Positions 40,185-49,703 of a stretch of DNA of 64,000 nt are shown in pieces. Both the position numbers and the translations under genes were made by a program. The DNA lies in assembly GCA_016926555.1 (NCBI GenBank), contig JAFGOI010000004.1, positions 64,776 to 128,775 on the forward strand. Direction: 5' to 3'. The stretch comes from Patescibacteria group bacterium. Its GTDB lineage: Bacteria > Patescibacteriota > WWE3 > UBA101185 > UBA10185. Every line of letters begins with the position of its first letter. Position 1 is the first letter of the stretch. The notes under the pieces were generated by a model, which was not told the DNA's origin, made no database searches, and saw only the letters and a program-made list of their open reading frames with translations.

Positions 40185-41374
40185 AAATACTAAGGATTAT
40201 ATATGATTGGCCTCCCCCGTGGAGTGGGTTAGCGCCTCATCCATATGAAATCACTGTAGCTCAAACCAAGCTTGGGCATAAAATAGATGTGTTCTGTGGC
40301 AGATGGCCAAATTCTGGTGATGTGCAAGAACCAGAAGGGGCTAAAGTACATTCCATCATAAGAGAGCCAATTCCCGGATCTCTTACTTTAACTTCATCAA
40401 TATTGTTGCTGTTTAGATATATTAGCTGGAGAAAACATAATGAAGTGGATATAATTCACGCCCACGGCCATTTTGGTATATGGATATTTTTATATAGGAT
40501 TATCTTGAGGAAGTTTTTTCCTTGGGTTAAGGAGTTAAAAACCCCTTTGGTTGCCCACTTTCATAATACAGCCAAGGGAAGGTGGGTTAAGCTAAAAGAG
40601 AAAAATAAAATTACTAATCCCATATCCGAATTTTTTGTTTTTCCTATGGAGGTATTGGCTAATAAACTCGCAATCAAAGCTGCGGCTGCAAACGTATTTG
40701 TAAGTGAGGAAAATAAGAAGGAGGCAATCGAATATTATGGTGTTGAAGAGAAAATGTGTTTTGTTGTTGAACCGGGGATCAATACGGAATTATTTGTGGC
40801 TGTTGGGGAGGAGGAAAAGGAGAAATCAAGAAGAGATCTGTCACTTGATATGTATGACAAAGTTATTGTGAGCCATGGATTTATTGTAAAAAGGAAGAAC
40901 AATCATTTAATAGTGGAAGCACTTAAGTACTTGCCGGAGAATTACACACTCTTGTTATCCGGCCCAGGAGAAGAGGGATATATCGATGAAATAGATGAAA
41001 TAATTAAAAAAGGCAATCTTAAAGAGAGAGTGATGAAGACAGGATATACTCCTTATAATGAGGCGCCTATTGTTTATCAGGTTGGCGATATTTTTGTACT
41101 GCCTTCCGAGTGGGAAGGAATGCCGAAGGCTGTGTTAGAAAGTTTGGCTTGTGGAGTTCCCACACTTGTATCAGGATTTAAGTTTTCAGAAGAGGTGCCG
41201 GGAGTATATTATCTCGAAAATCATGATCCAAAACATATTGCAGAAAGAATATTGGATATTGTAGAAAAGAAGGAGTATGTAGATTTTAATATTTTAAGAG
41301 AAAGGTATTCTTGGGAACAAAGGGCGAAAGAATTAGAGAAGGTGTATGAGTTTGCTAAGAAGCACTATTTGTAA
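40181..41374 (+). CDS. GT4 glycosyltransferase
   Basis: 'DIFVLPSEWEGMPKAVLESLACGVPTLVS'; ATGA overlap with the upstream gene. Confidence 0.7.
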   Translation: MKILRIIYDWPPPWSGLAPHPYEITVAQTKLGHKIDVFCGRWPNSGDVQEPEGAKVHSIIREPIPGSLTLTSSILLLFRYISWRKHNEVDIIHAHGHFGIWIFLYRIILRKFFPWVKELKTPLVAHFHNTAKGRWVKLKEKNKITNPISEFFVFPMEVLANKLAIKAAAANVFVSEENKKEAIEYYGVEEKMCFVVEPGINTELFVAVGEEEKEKSRRDLSLDMYDKVIVSHGFIVKRKNNHLIVEALKYLPENYTLLLSGPGEEGYIDEIDEIIKKGNLKERVMKTGYTPYNEAPIVYQVGDIFVLPSEWEGMPKAVLESLACGVPTLVSGFKFSEEVPGVYYLENHDPKHIAERILDIVEKKEYVDFNILRERYSWEQRAKELEKVYEFAKKHYL

Positions 41375-42932
41375 AAAAATTTCTCCCACATGCTGGATAT
41401 TTTTTTTATTTCTTGTACTTCATGTGTTTTTGTTTAATATAAATACCGCTGAATGGGGAGATTCGTATAGAATTCTTCGGGCCGGTGAAGAATTGAGGCG
41501 TGGGGTTTATCCAGAAGATGAGAAACGTCCCCCGTTAATGTCATATTTTCTTTCTCTAAGACCTAGTTTGGCTGACCCGGTTTATTTTGGGCGTGCACTT
41601 CTACTTGTTTTTAGTGTTATGTCATTTGCTATATTCAGTGGGTTAGCTGAAATATATATTAAGTCTGATAGATATAAAAACCTCGCCCTTTTACTATTTT
41701 CCCTTAACCCCGTGTATTTGTACTGGTCTATAAGAATAATGGCGGATGTGCCCTTTGCGGTTTTTGTTTTACTGGCCTTCTATTTATTTTCTAAATGGCG
41801 GGGTAGTATGAATGGTTTCAAATGTGTATTGTTGGGTTTGCTGGCCGGTTTATCTGTGCTAATGAGATTCGAGGGGTATTTGTTACTAGGCTCACTGGCG
41901 GCAGGGCTAATGTTTCACTCTATTAGTGATTTGGTGGGAAGGTTTACTGCTTCGATAAGAAAAAGATGGGTAAATGTGGTTGCATATATAAGTGCTTCGC
42001 TGTTTGTTCTGGTTCCTTACATCGTTTATAGAAACCCGTTTAGTTCGAGTTATTTGGGCGAACCCTCAGGGCGCGAGTACGATGCTCATATGGGTTTAGT
42101 ATACCTGTTCTCTTTTATTTTCTTGTTTGGTTTTGTTCATGCAGCGGTTTTTCTCGTGAGAGGAAGAAAGCTAAGTTATGAGTTTTTGTCAAAACACTTT
42201 GGGTTATTTGTGTTTGTAGTTTTAGAAATGCTGCTCATATTAGCTTGGCCTGCAGCGATACCTCGTTTGTTTGTATGCGTAATTCCTTTTTTTATTATTA
42301 TGATTTCATTGTCAGTAAAAGAATTTTTTGAGGAACCTCTTGTAAAAAGAAACGTGCTGGATTTGGCAGTACTCTTAATGCCTTTTGTATATGTTCTTGC
42401 GCAATATTTGTTGGGTTTACAGTTTTTAGTAATGACGAGAAAATTAATATTTCTGGTATTTATACTTCAGCTTCCTATTGTTTTAGCTGTTATAGCTAGA
42501 AAATATGCTTGGTTTGTTTATTCAGTATCATTGTCAACGCTTGTTTGGTCCTTTTTGGTGATAATTATGCACAAAGATATTTTTGTTTCAGTAAAGAGTG
42601 CTGCGGATTATTCAGTGAATAATCTCCAGGGTAAAATTGGACATAACGATTTGAGCAGTGTGTCTAATTGGTACTTAAATTACGTGGGGGATAAGACAGT
42701 GGGGAAATATTATGATATCGATAGCGGTGGCAAGTTAACATCCGATTTCGTTTATGAGAACAATCTCGATTATCTAATAATTACTAACGAACATAATCTA
42801 AATCTTGAAATTGACTTCGACAAAAGACCCTATCTAAAAGTCTTGAAGGAATTTAGATATAATGTCAATGGATCCGAATTTGTTACTTATGTCGCGAAAG
42901 TAGAAAAGGAGGAATTATGCAACTGTCGGTAG
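41346..42932 (+). CDS. GT-C-fold polytopic membrane glycosyltransferase (ArnT/PMT-like), putative
   Basis: About 13 TM helices; first-loop motif 'YPEDEKRPPLMSYF', like the DE...KPPL motif of the lipid-carrier-dependent GT39/GT83 families; soluble C-terminal ~120 aa. Confidence 0.55.
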   Translation: MSLLRSTICKKISPTCWIFFLFLVLHVFLFNINTAEWGDSYRILRAGEELRRGVYPEDEKRPPLMSYFLSLRPSLADPVYFGRALLLVFSVMSFAIFSGLAEIYIKSDRYKNLALLLFSLNPVYLYWSIRIMADVPFAVFVLLAFYLFSKWRGSMNGFKCVLLGLLAGLSVLMRFEGYLLLGSLAAGLMFHSISDLVGRFTASIRKRWVNVVAYISASLFVLVPYIVYRNPFSSSYLGEPSGREYDAHMGLVYLFSFIFLFGFVHAAVFLVRGRKLSYEFLSKHFGLFVFVVLEMLLILAWPAAIPRLFVCVIPFFIIMISLSVKEFFEEPLVKRNVLDLAVLLMPFVYVLAQYLLGLQFLVMTRKLIFLVFILQLPIVLAVIARKYAWFVYSVSLSTLVWSFLVIIMHKDIFVSVKSAADYSVNNLQGKIGHNDLSSVSNWYLNYVGDKTVGKYYDIDSGGKLTSDFVYENNLDYLIITNEHNLNLEIDFDKRPYLKVLKEFRYNVNGSEFVTYVAKVEKEELCNCR

Positions 42933-43603
42933 TTATACCTGTTTATAACGAAAAAAATACAATCGGGAAAATAGTAGAAAGAGTAAAAGCAGTCAAAGAT
43001 ATAGATAAAGAAATCATCATCGTGGATGATAAATCCACAGACGGAACAATAGAATTACTGCGCAAGATGGAGAAGGATCAGCCGGATTTGAAAATATATT
43101 ATAAAGACCAGAATATGGGGAAAGGCCACACTTTAAAAGTGGGATTTAAGTACACAACGGGTGACTATGTGATTGTGCAAGATGCGGATCTCGAGTACGA
43201 TCCCCAAGATTATCATAAATTACTGCGGGCTTTGGAGGAGGAAAATGTTGATGCCGTATATGGTTCAAGATTTTCTGGTAATTATGAAGATATGAGTAAT
43301 CTTCATTACTTTGGCAATAAAGTTCTAACTTTAATAACAAATGTTTTTTTTGGTGTAATGTTAACTGATATGGAAACATGTTATAAATTATTGCCGGGAG
43401 ACTTTGTCAGAAACATAGATATAAAGTCTAACAGGTTTGACTTTGAACCGGAAATAACCGCTAAAGCGCTCAAAGCAGGACTCAGAATCAAAGAGGTTCC
43501 GATTTCTTATAAGGGCAGATCCCATCAAGATGGCAAGAAAATAACCTGGAGAGATGGGCTTGTCGCGTTGTATACACTTATAAAGCATAGGTTTTTAAAT
43601 TAA
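42917..43603 (+). CDS. GT2 polyprenyl-phosphate glycosyltransferase (ArnC/DPM1-like)
   Basis: 'LSVVIPVYNEKNTIGKIVERV...IIIVDDKSTDGT...VIVQDADLEYDPQD'. Confidence 0.75.
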   Translation: MQLSVVIPVYNEKNTIGKIVERVKAVKDIDKEIIIVDDKSTDGTIELLRKMEKDQPDLKIYYKDQNMGKGHTLKVGFKYTTGDYVIVQDADLEYDPQDYHKLLRALEEENVDAVYGSRFSGNYEDMSNLHYFGNKVLTLITNVFFGVMLTDMETCYKLLPGDFVRNIDIKSNRFDFEPEITAKALKAGLRIKEVPISYKGRSHQDGKKITWRDGLVALYTLIKHRFLN

Positions 43604-45762
43604 TGAAAAAACTTAAGGGTTTTGTTCAGAAATATATATATTTGATTATTCTGTTTTTCTTCGCAGTTTTAATATTTGGTGTAAATTACCGGATAAATGT
43701 TTTTAGGTATAACAATTTTGATTATGGGAAGTTTGACCTCGGAAATATGTCCCAAATGGTTTGGAATACTCTTAATGGTCGCTTTATGTATCTGACTGAT
43801 TACTTTGGTACGAATTTGCCCAGGTGGGCGATGAGTCACGTAGATCCGATACTTCTGATGTTTGTTCCGGCCTTTCTCGTTTGGCCCTCTCCTTTGAGTT
43901 TAGTATTTAGTCAGTTGATACTTGTGATATTTTCGGCGTTTATAATATACAAAATCGCGAAATTGGAGCTTGATAATAAATTCTGCGCGTTACTTTGGGG
44001 AGTAATCTTTCTCGCGTATCCAGCAGTAGGGTTTATAACAGCTTGGACCGGATTTCATGGGGTTAGCGTTGTAATACCGTTTTTCTTATATGCTTTTTAT
44101 ATTTTTGAGAGAGATTATAGAAACGGCAGCTTCAAACCGCGGAGTAAGCTACTATTCTGGATTTTATTAATCCTTACAATGTGTGGAAAGGAACAGGTTC
44201 CGCTGTACATTTTTATGTACGGTATTTTTATTCTCTTATTTAGAACAAGTGGGTGGGTGAACATTAATCACAAATTCTTATCTACTAAATGGCTAGTAAG
44301 TGCGCTCAAACTTTCTAATGTCATGACTGCGTTAAGTATGTTAATAGTAAGCATGCTTTGGTTTTATTGGGCTTTCTTTATAATAATTCCTAAATATGCG
44401 CCTTACAGAGTAGCAGGATATGATAAGTTTGCCGAGTCCCTTGGAATTGAGAACGCTCAAACAAGGGATGTTGCGTTGCCAAATTACTTTTTGTCCAGAT
44501 ACGATGCATTTGGTGAATCTTATGTCGAGATCTTGGTAAATATGATTACTCATCCTAAAAAGCTGATTAAAGTCTTCTTTGGAGGGGATAGAGTGGACAA
44601 TCTAAGAAGGACATTTGAGCCATTGGGATATTTGCCCCTTCTAAATCCTCAGCTTCTTATGCTGGCATTTCCGGATTTTCTAATTAATTATGGTACTAGT
44701 GCGGGGGGCATAGGTACTGCTGAAATCAGTAATCATAGGATATCTATGATAATACCCATATTGTTTATTTCATCTATATATTCGGTCACATTAGTTACCA
44801 GGACTATTCAAAAGGTTTTTGGCGGGGCCGAATCGTGCAGAAAACTAATCTCAGCGGGTATATCGGCTACAGTTCTTTTTGTGACCTTTTATGCAACATA
44901 TAAATATAATAATCCGGTATATTTATGGCTTACTCAGGCGGTAAAAAAGAGGTTGGCTGTTGTTGATGTTTATGCTAGTGATGAAATGATTCTTAGGAAG
45001 GAAACTGATTTGAGTGTTGGCGATGTTTTCAAACTATCTAAACTCGAGAATAAAGATAGAGATTGCGCGCAGAAAATCGTTGATATGATTCCTGATGGGG
45101 TCTCTGTCTCGGGGCCTGATTACCTTGGTGCTCAGTTATCGTTAAGAGAGACATATGCAATTTATCCTGCTTTATACAATACTGCCGAGTATGTGATTGT
45201 GGACGTGTTTTCCAGAAAGCTATTAACAATATTGGATGTGAATCTGGATTTATCGAAAGAAGTTGTTCAGAAGCTTCTCTCATCTGAGGAGTACATACTG
45301 GAAGCGGGGTGTGGTAACTTGTTCGTATTCAAGAGAGTTGACCATGTAGATAAATCTGAGCTATTACCTTTACAGGAGAAGTATAAATATGCGGGCAGCG
45401 TGGAATACGAATTGTTTCAGGGGTTATATGTAGTTGATTACAAGATACCAAGTGACATTGAGAGAGGTGTTACCAATAAAATGGAATTTGTATACGAGAA
45501 AAGAGGAAGTAAATCCATTGAGGACTATGTGATGTTTGTTACTTATGTTAATTCTGAGACAAAGGATTCCTATCAAGCTGCTAACCTACCATCTTTTGCT
45601 ATAAAGGAATTGGGTGAGTGGAAGCAAGACAGATTTTATTTAGAAAATGTAGATATTGCGCTTCCCGAATATCTGGAGCCAGGTATATATTGGGTTTTCA
45701 TTGGTATGAGTAATAATGTAAGAACTAGAAGTATGTATATAGGAGATACAGAAGTGTTATGA
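43603..45762 (+). CDS. Large (719 aa) polytopic membrane protein of unknown function with ~290-aa C-terminal extracytoplasmic domain (GT-C-like candidate)
   Basis: N-terminal loop 'YGKFDLGNMSQMVWNTLNG' followed by ~11 TM helices; C-terminal soluble region with no recognised motif. Confidence 0.4.
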   Translation: MKKLKGFVQKYIYLIILFFFAVLIFGVNYRINVFRYNNFDYGKFDLGNMSQMVWNTLNGRFMYLTDYFGTNLPRWAMSHVDPILLMFVPAFLVWPSPLSLVFSQLILVIFSAFIIYKIAKLELDNKFCALLWGVIFLAYPAVGFITAWTGFHGVSVVIPFFLYAFYIFERDYRNGSFKPRSKLLFWILLILTMCGKEQVPLYIFMYGIFILLFRTSGWVNINHKFLSTKWLVSALKLSNVMTALSMLIVSMLWFYWAFFIIIPKYAPYRVAGYDKFAESLGIENAQTRDVALPNYFLSRYDAFGESYVEILVNMITHPKKLIKVFFGGDRVDNLRRTFEPLGYLPLLNPQLLMLAFPDFLINYGTSAGGIGTAEISNHRISMIIPILFISSIYSVTLVTRTIQKVFGGAESCRKLISAGISATVLFVTFYATYKYNNPVYLWLTQAVKKRLAVVDVYASDEMILRKETDLSVGDVFKLSKLENKDRDCAQKIVDMIPDGVSVSGPDYLGAQLSLRETYAIYPALYNTAEYVIVDVFSRKLLTILDVNLDLSKEVVQKLLSSEEYILEAGCGNLFVFKRVDHVDKSELLPLQEKYKYAGSVEYELFQGLYVVDYKIPSDIERGVTNKMEFVYEKRGSKSIEDYVMFVTYVNSETKDSYQAANLPSFAIKELGEWKQDRFYLENVDIALPEYLEPGIYWVFIGMSNNVRTRSMYIGDTEVL

Positions 45763-47237
45763 AAAGTTTGGTGAAATGGCAGCTGATTAGTTTTGTATCT
45801 AGAAGTATTGCCACCGTTTTAGGTATTATTCAAGGGGCCATAGTTTTCAGAATACTCACTCAGACTGAGTTTGGCCTGAAAGAATTGGCATTATCTATTG
45901 GTGGCGCTTTGGGAATATATCAGCACTTAGGACTTGCCTCGGCTACCACACGGGAAATAGCCGCTGCCGAAGACGATTCGGAGATATTTAAGATATTTGT
46001 TACGTCAGTTTTTGCGAGATATTGTGTAACCATACCCCTGGCTATAGGACTCTATATGTCTTCAGGGTACGTGTCTAGAAAATATCCGGGTTTGGAATTA
46101 CCACTGAAATTGTATGCGTTTTCTTTGTTATTCCAAGGAATGCAGAGTATTCTTAATGCGGTAATATCTGGTACAAAGAGATTTAAGCACCTATTTATAT
46201 ACCAAGTAGTTATCGCTTTTGTAAGTGTCATTTTGTATGTACCCTTAGTTTATTTTTTTAGAGTTGCAGGTTTCTTTCATGCTTTTCTTGCATTTAACAT
46301 TGTCAGCACGGTTTCCTTAGCCTTCCTTGCTTTCAGACCGTTAAAGGGAAAGATGAAATTTCCTTCTTGGAAAGACTTCAAGCGTCTCCTTAAGGAGATA
46401 TTTTCTATTAGTATAGCAATATACGTTGTTAAAGTTCTTTATACCAACTGGGAGAAATTAGGTAATAACCTACTGGGTCTTTTCGTGTCAGCAGAAGCGG
46501 TTGCGTTATTTGGTTTTGCCATGATTTTTGCCAAGAAGCTTATGCTAATATCTGATTCGGTAACGGATGTAAATTTGCCTGTTTTATCGGAGAAATATAA
46601 GAAAGACATTTCTGATTTTAAAAGAACTTTCATTTCAAACTTTAATAAAGTCTTTTCTGTTGTGATAATCGCAGCTTCTCTTGGAACGTACTGGGCTCCC
46701 CAGGTTGTAATTATTTACGGGGGTTTAGACAAGTATTATGAATATCAGGAATCCCTTAAATTAGTTCCCCCTTTAATTATGTCGTTTGTAATATATTCAT
46801 TCATAAATATCGTGATGTCTAGTATTTTGGTTCCTGCGAAGCTAGTGAGAAGTATGATAGTGGGATTTACGGGTATGTTGCTTGGAACAGGAGGAGCATT
46901 TTTGCTAGGTCGTGTGTATTTTAATATACTTCACTCGATGGCTTGGGCTATGGTTATAGGAGCTGCAGGGGCATTATTATATTTGAAGCGTGTCGTAAAA
47001 AGAAAACTTGACTTTAACTTTCTAACAGACAGCCACATTTTATTGTTTATACAAACGTTTGCGATATGTATTTTGGGATCTGTTGAGTACGTATGGATAA
47101 AAGTAGGTGCTTTTCTACCCTTAAGTTTCCTTCTATGCTGGGGAATCTTAACTGCCGGATTTATTTCCAAGGAAGAGTATAAATTATTGATTAATAAGGC
47201 GAGGGGTTTTATTAAATGCAGAAATATAAGAGCCTAA
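45759..47237 (+). CDS. MOP-superfamily (Wzx/MurJ-like) polysaccharide flippase
   Basis: About 14 TM helices; N-terminal 'SRSIATVLGIIQGAIVFRILTQTEFGLKELALSIGGALGIYQHLGLASATTREIA'. Confidence 0.65.
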   Translation: MKSLVKWQLISFVSRSIATVLGIIQGAIVFRILTQTEFGLKELALSIGGALGIYQHLGLASATTREIAAAEDDSEIFKIFVTSVFARYCVTIPLAIGLYMSSGYVSRKYPGLELPLKLYAFSLLFQGMQSILNAVISGTKRFKHLFIYQVVIAFVSVILYVPLVYFFRVAGFFHAFLAFNIVSTVSLAFLAFRPLKGKMKFPSWKDFKRLLKEIFSISIAIYVVKVLYTNWEKLGNNLLGLFVSAEAVALFGFAMIFAKKLMLISDSVTDVNLPVLSEKYKKDISDFKRTFISNFNKVFSVVIIAASLGTYWAPQVVIIYGGLDKYYEYQESLKLVPPLIMSFVIYSFINIVMSSILVPAKLVRSMIVGFTGMLLGTGGAFLLGRVYFNILHSMAWAMVIGAAGALLYLKRVVKRKLDFNFLTDSHILLFIQTFAICILGSVEYVWIKVGAFLPLSFLLCWGILTAGFISKEEYKLLINKARGFIKCRNIRA

Positions 47238-48160
47238 TCATTAAGATTTTAGTTAGCATTTTATTATTTGGATTTCTTTTTTCTAAGATAGATGTTAATA
47301 GCGTTGTTCAAAATTTTAGCTTAATAGATTTCACTTATGTGCCGGTGATTATTCTTTTGCTTGTACTTAATTATGTTTTAAGCTCAGTTCGGTGGAAGGC
47401 TCTTCTTATTTTTGATAACACAGATGATGTGAGTGTCAGCTATTTGACGACGTTGTACTTTGTTGGGTCTTTCTTTAATAATTTTATGCCGACGAGTATA
47501 GGAGGAGATGTCTATAAGTTCGTTAAGTTGGGTAAGAAGATCGGCAGTATCGCCCATGGATTTTCTGCGACATTTATGGAAAGATTCACAGGTGTTATAA
47601 TTTTATTTCTAATTACCTTGCTGAGTTTTCCTTTAGTTTTGTCTGATTTTGTGGACTTACCGGTTGTAGGGTCAGTATTAGGCGGGTCAAAAGTTAAGTC
47701 TGTCCTGTTGTCTATATTTATCTTTATATTGTTTATCTTGGGGTTGAGAATAGGTTTATGGGTGTTGGAAAAAGCGTCAGAAAGATTCCCGAAATTAAAG
47801 AAAATATATTCATCAGTAAGTGAATACGAAAACAGACAGGATATAATCAAGACTGCTTTACTTACGTCCGTATTAGTACAGCTTATGTCTATATTTACGC
47901 AGTATTTTATATTTTCTGCACTGGGTGTTAGAATTCCGATATTTTACACGTTCACGGTTTTTCCCGTTATAGCCCTGATAAGTTTCCTTCCGATTTCTCT
48001 TAACAGTATTGGTGTGCAGGATGCTTTATACGTAAATTTATTCGGTGTGGTTGGGATATCTCCTGAGATATCTTTAAGTGCATCTATACTCTACCATTTA
48101 TTTAGATTAGGGGTTAGTTTAATTGGAGGGCTGCTATATGCGTTGGGTAAAGATTCTTAG
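47216..48160 (+). CDS. UPF0104 / lysyl-PG-synthase-TM-like 'flippase-like' membrane protein
   Basis: 'LSSVRWKALL...YFVGSFFNNFMPTSIGGDVYKFVKLGKK' resembles the LPG_synthase_TM family, which is often paired with GT2 polyprenyl-P glycosyltransferases. Confidence 0.5.
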   Translation: MQKYKSLIIKILVSILLFGFLFSKIDVNSVVQNFSLIDFTYVPVIILLLVLNYVLSSVRWKALLIFDNTDDVSVSYLTTLYFVGSFFNNFMPTSIGGDVYKFVKLGKKIGSIAHGFSATFMERFTGVIILFLITLLSFPLVLSDFVDLPVVGSVLGGSKVKSVLLSIFIFILFILGLRIGLWVLEKASERFPKLKKIYSSVSEYENRQDIIKTALLTSVLVQLMSIFTQYFIFSALGVRIPIFYTFTVFPVIALISFLPISLNSIGVQDALYVNLFGVVGISPEISLSASILYHLFRLGVSLIGGLLYALGKDS

Positions 48161-49703
48161 CATCAGTGACAAAAGGATAGTATATCTTGTCATTTTTTCG
48201 GTTGTGTTTGCGGTAACTCGGTTAGCGGGTATAAAAACGGATGTGATAAACCCGGATGCGGTTAACTGGCATTTTAGATCCCAGCAGTTCATTGTAGGGT
48301 TGAAACAATTGGAGTTTGAGAAGACGTACCAGCACTATCACCCGGGAGTAACTTTGATGTGGATCACAGGAGTGCCTATTGAATTACTGAAGCAAATAAC
48401 CGGTATTCAACATTACAATAATACCAATTTTATTTACTTCCATTTCATTGCGAAGTTCAGTCTTATTTTGTTTCAGCTAGTTTTATCTTTGGTTTTAATA
48501 TACTTTTTAAGTAGGGCAACCGATTTTCAGAGGGCATTTTTGGTTATGTCTTTATTAAGCCTGGAACCGTTCTTTTTAGGAAACTCGCGTTTGTATCATA
48601 TGGATATTTTATTTACATTAGTGTCGTTTTTAGGAATTATACTTTTATATTTGTCTGTACATAGAAATTCGTTTTTGTACAGTGTCGCTACTGGATTTGT
48701 ATTTTCCTTGAGTTTCTTAACAAGAAGTATTGGGGTGGGACTAGTACTTTATACGCTAGGCTACTTTTTTATTATGTATGTGTCCAAATCGGCTGACTTT
48801 TCACTTAAGAAATTATTAGTAATATTATCTGCTTTTGTTGTATCTTCTTTCATATTGTTTCCAGCGTTGTGGGTAAGACCAGTGCATTACATATCTGAGA
48901 TATTTAGTGAGGGTCAGAGAATAGGTGTGAGAAAAGGTCACAGCCAGCTTTTCTTTGGGAAGCAAACTGATGATGCCGGTGTTTTGTTTTATCCGCTAGT
49001 GCTTGTGATGAAAATGTCGCCGGTAATGCTGTTTGGTATTATTTGCTGCTTGATATCCTCGTGCAGAAAATTCAATATTTACAACCTGTCTTTTAAATTC
49101 ATTGGGAAAAACTCGTTTTTGTTCGTGATAACTTCATTCTATTTCGGATATTTTGCTATTATGTCCGTGTTATCTAAGAAAATAGATAGGTATATGCTCT
49201 TTATGTTTCCGTTACTTGGCTATTGTGCAGTAGTGGGTTTAGAGAGATTCTACTCTTATATTCATAAGAGGTTTGGAATTTCTCTTAAAGTGTATTACGT
49301 ATTTTTCATGACTTTTTTTGCGGCTACCTTGTTTAGTTTTTATCCGTATTACTTTACATATACGAGTCCGGTATTTCTAAATGCTAAGACGGCCAATAGT
49401 GTAATTGGTCAGAAGCCTTTTGGCGTGGGTATTTTTGAACTTAAGGATTTCGTTAACGAAAATTATAAAGACGGTGTAAATCTGGGTTTTATAGATACAA
49501 AACCGATGAAGGCGGTCTATGCAAATTCCGGGGTATTTGATATAAGGGTCAACGATCCCGGGGATTATGACCTGATAATTTTAGGTATTAATGAGGAATT
49601 TCCCGATAAGGTTCTAAAGAGTTCGCAGAGGTTTGAGCTTAGTTCAGTGATAACAATAAATGGGTTAGAATATTGGAGGATATATGACAAAAAAACTAAC
49701 TGA
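48123..49703 (+). CDS. GT-C-like polytopic membrane glycosyltransferase (paralog A)
   Basis: First-loop motif 'WHFRSQQF...YQHYHPGVTLMW' and 'LEPFFLGNSRLYH'; paralogous to 51207-52838; the true start may be the 'MRWVKIL' Met at 48138. Confidence 0.5.
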   Translation: MEGCYMRWVKILSISDKRIVYLVIFSVVFAVTRLAGIKTDVINPDAVNWHFRSQQFIVGLKQLEFEKTYQHYHPGVTLMWITGVPIELLKQITGIQHYNNTNFIYFHFIAKFSLILFQLVLSLVLIYFLSRATDFQRAFLVMSLLSLEPFFLGNSRLYHMDILFTLVSFLGIILLYLSVHRNSFLYSVATGFVFSLSFLTRSIGVGLVLYTLGYFFIMYVSKSADFSLKKLLVILSAFVVSSFILFPALWVRPVHYISEIFSEGQRIGVRKGHSQLFFGKQTDDAGVLFYPLVLVMKMSPVMLFGIICCLISSCRKFNIYNLSFKFIGKNSFLFVITSFYFGYFAIMSVLSKKIDRYMLFMFPLLGYCAVVGLERFYSYIHKRFGISLKVYYVFFMTFFAATLFSFYPYYFTYTSPVFLNAKTANSVIGQKPFGVGIFELKDFVNENYKDGVNLGFIDTKPMKAVYANSGVFDIRVNDPGDYDLIILGINEEFPDKVLKSSQRFELSSVITINGLEYWRIYDKKTN

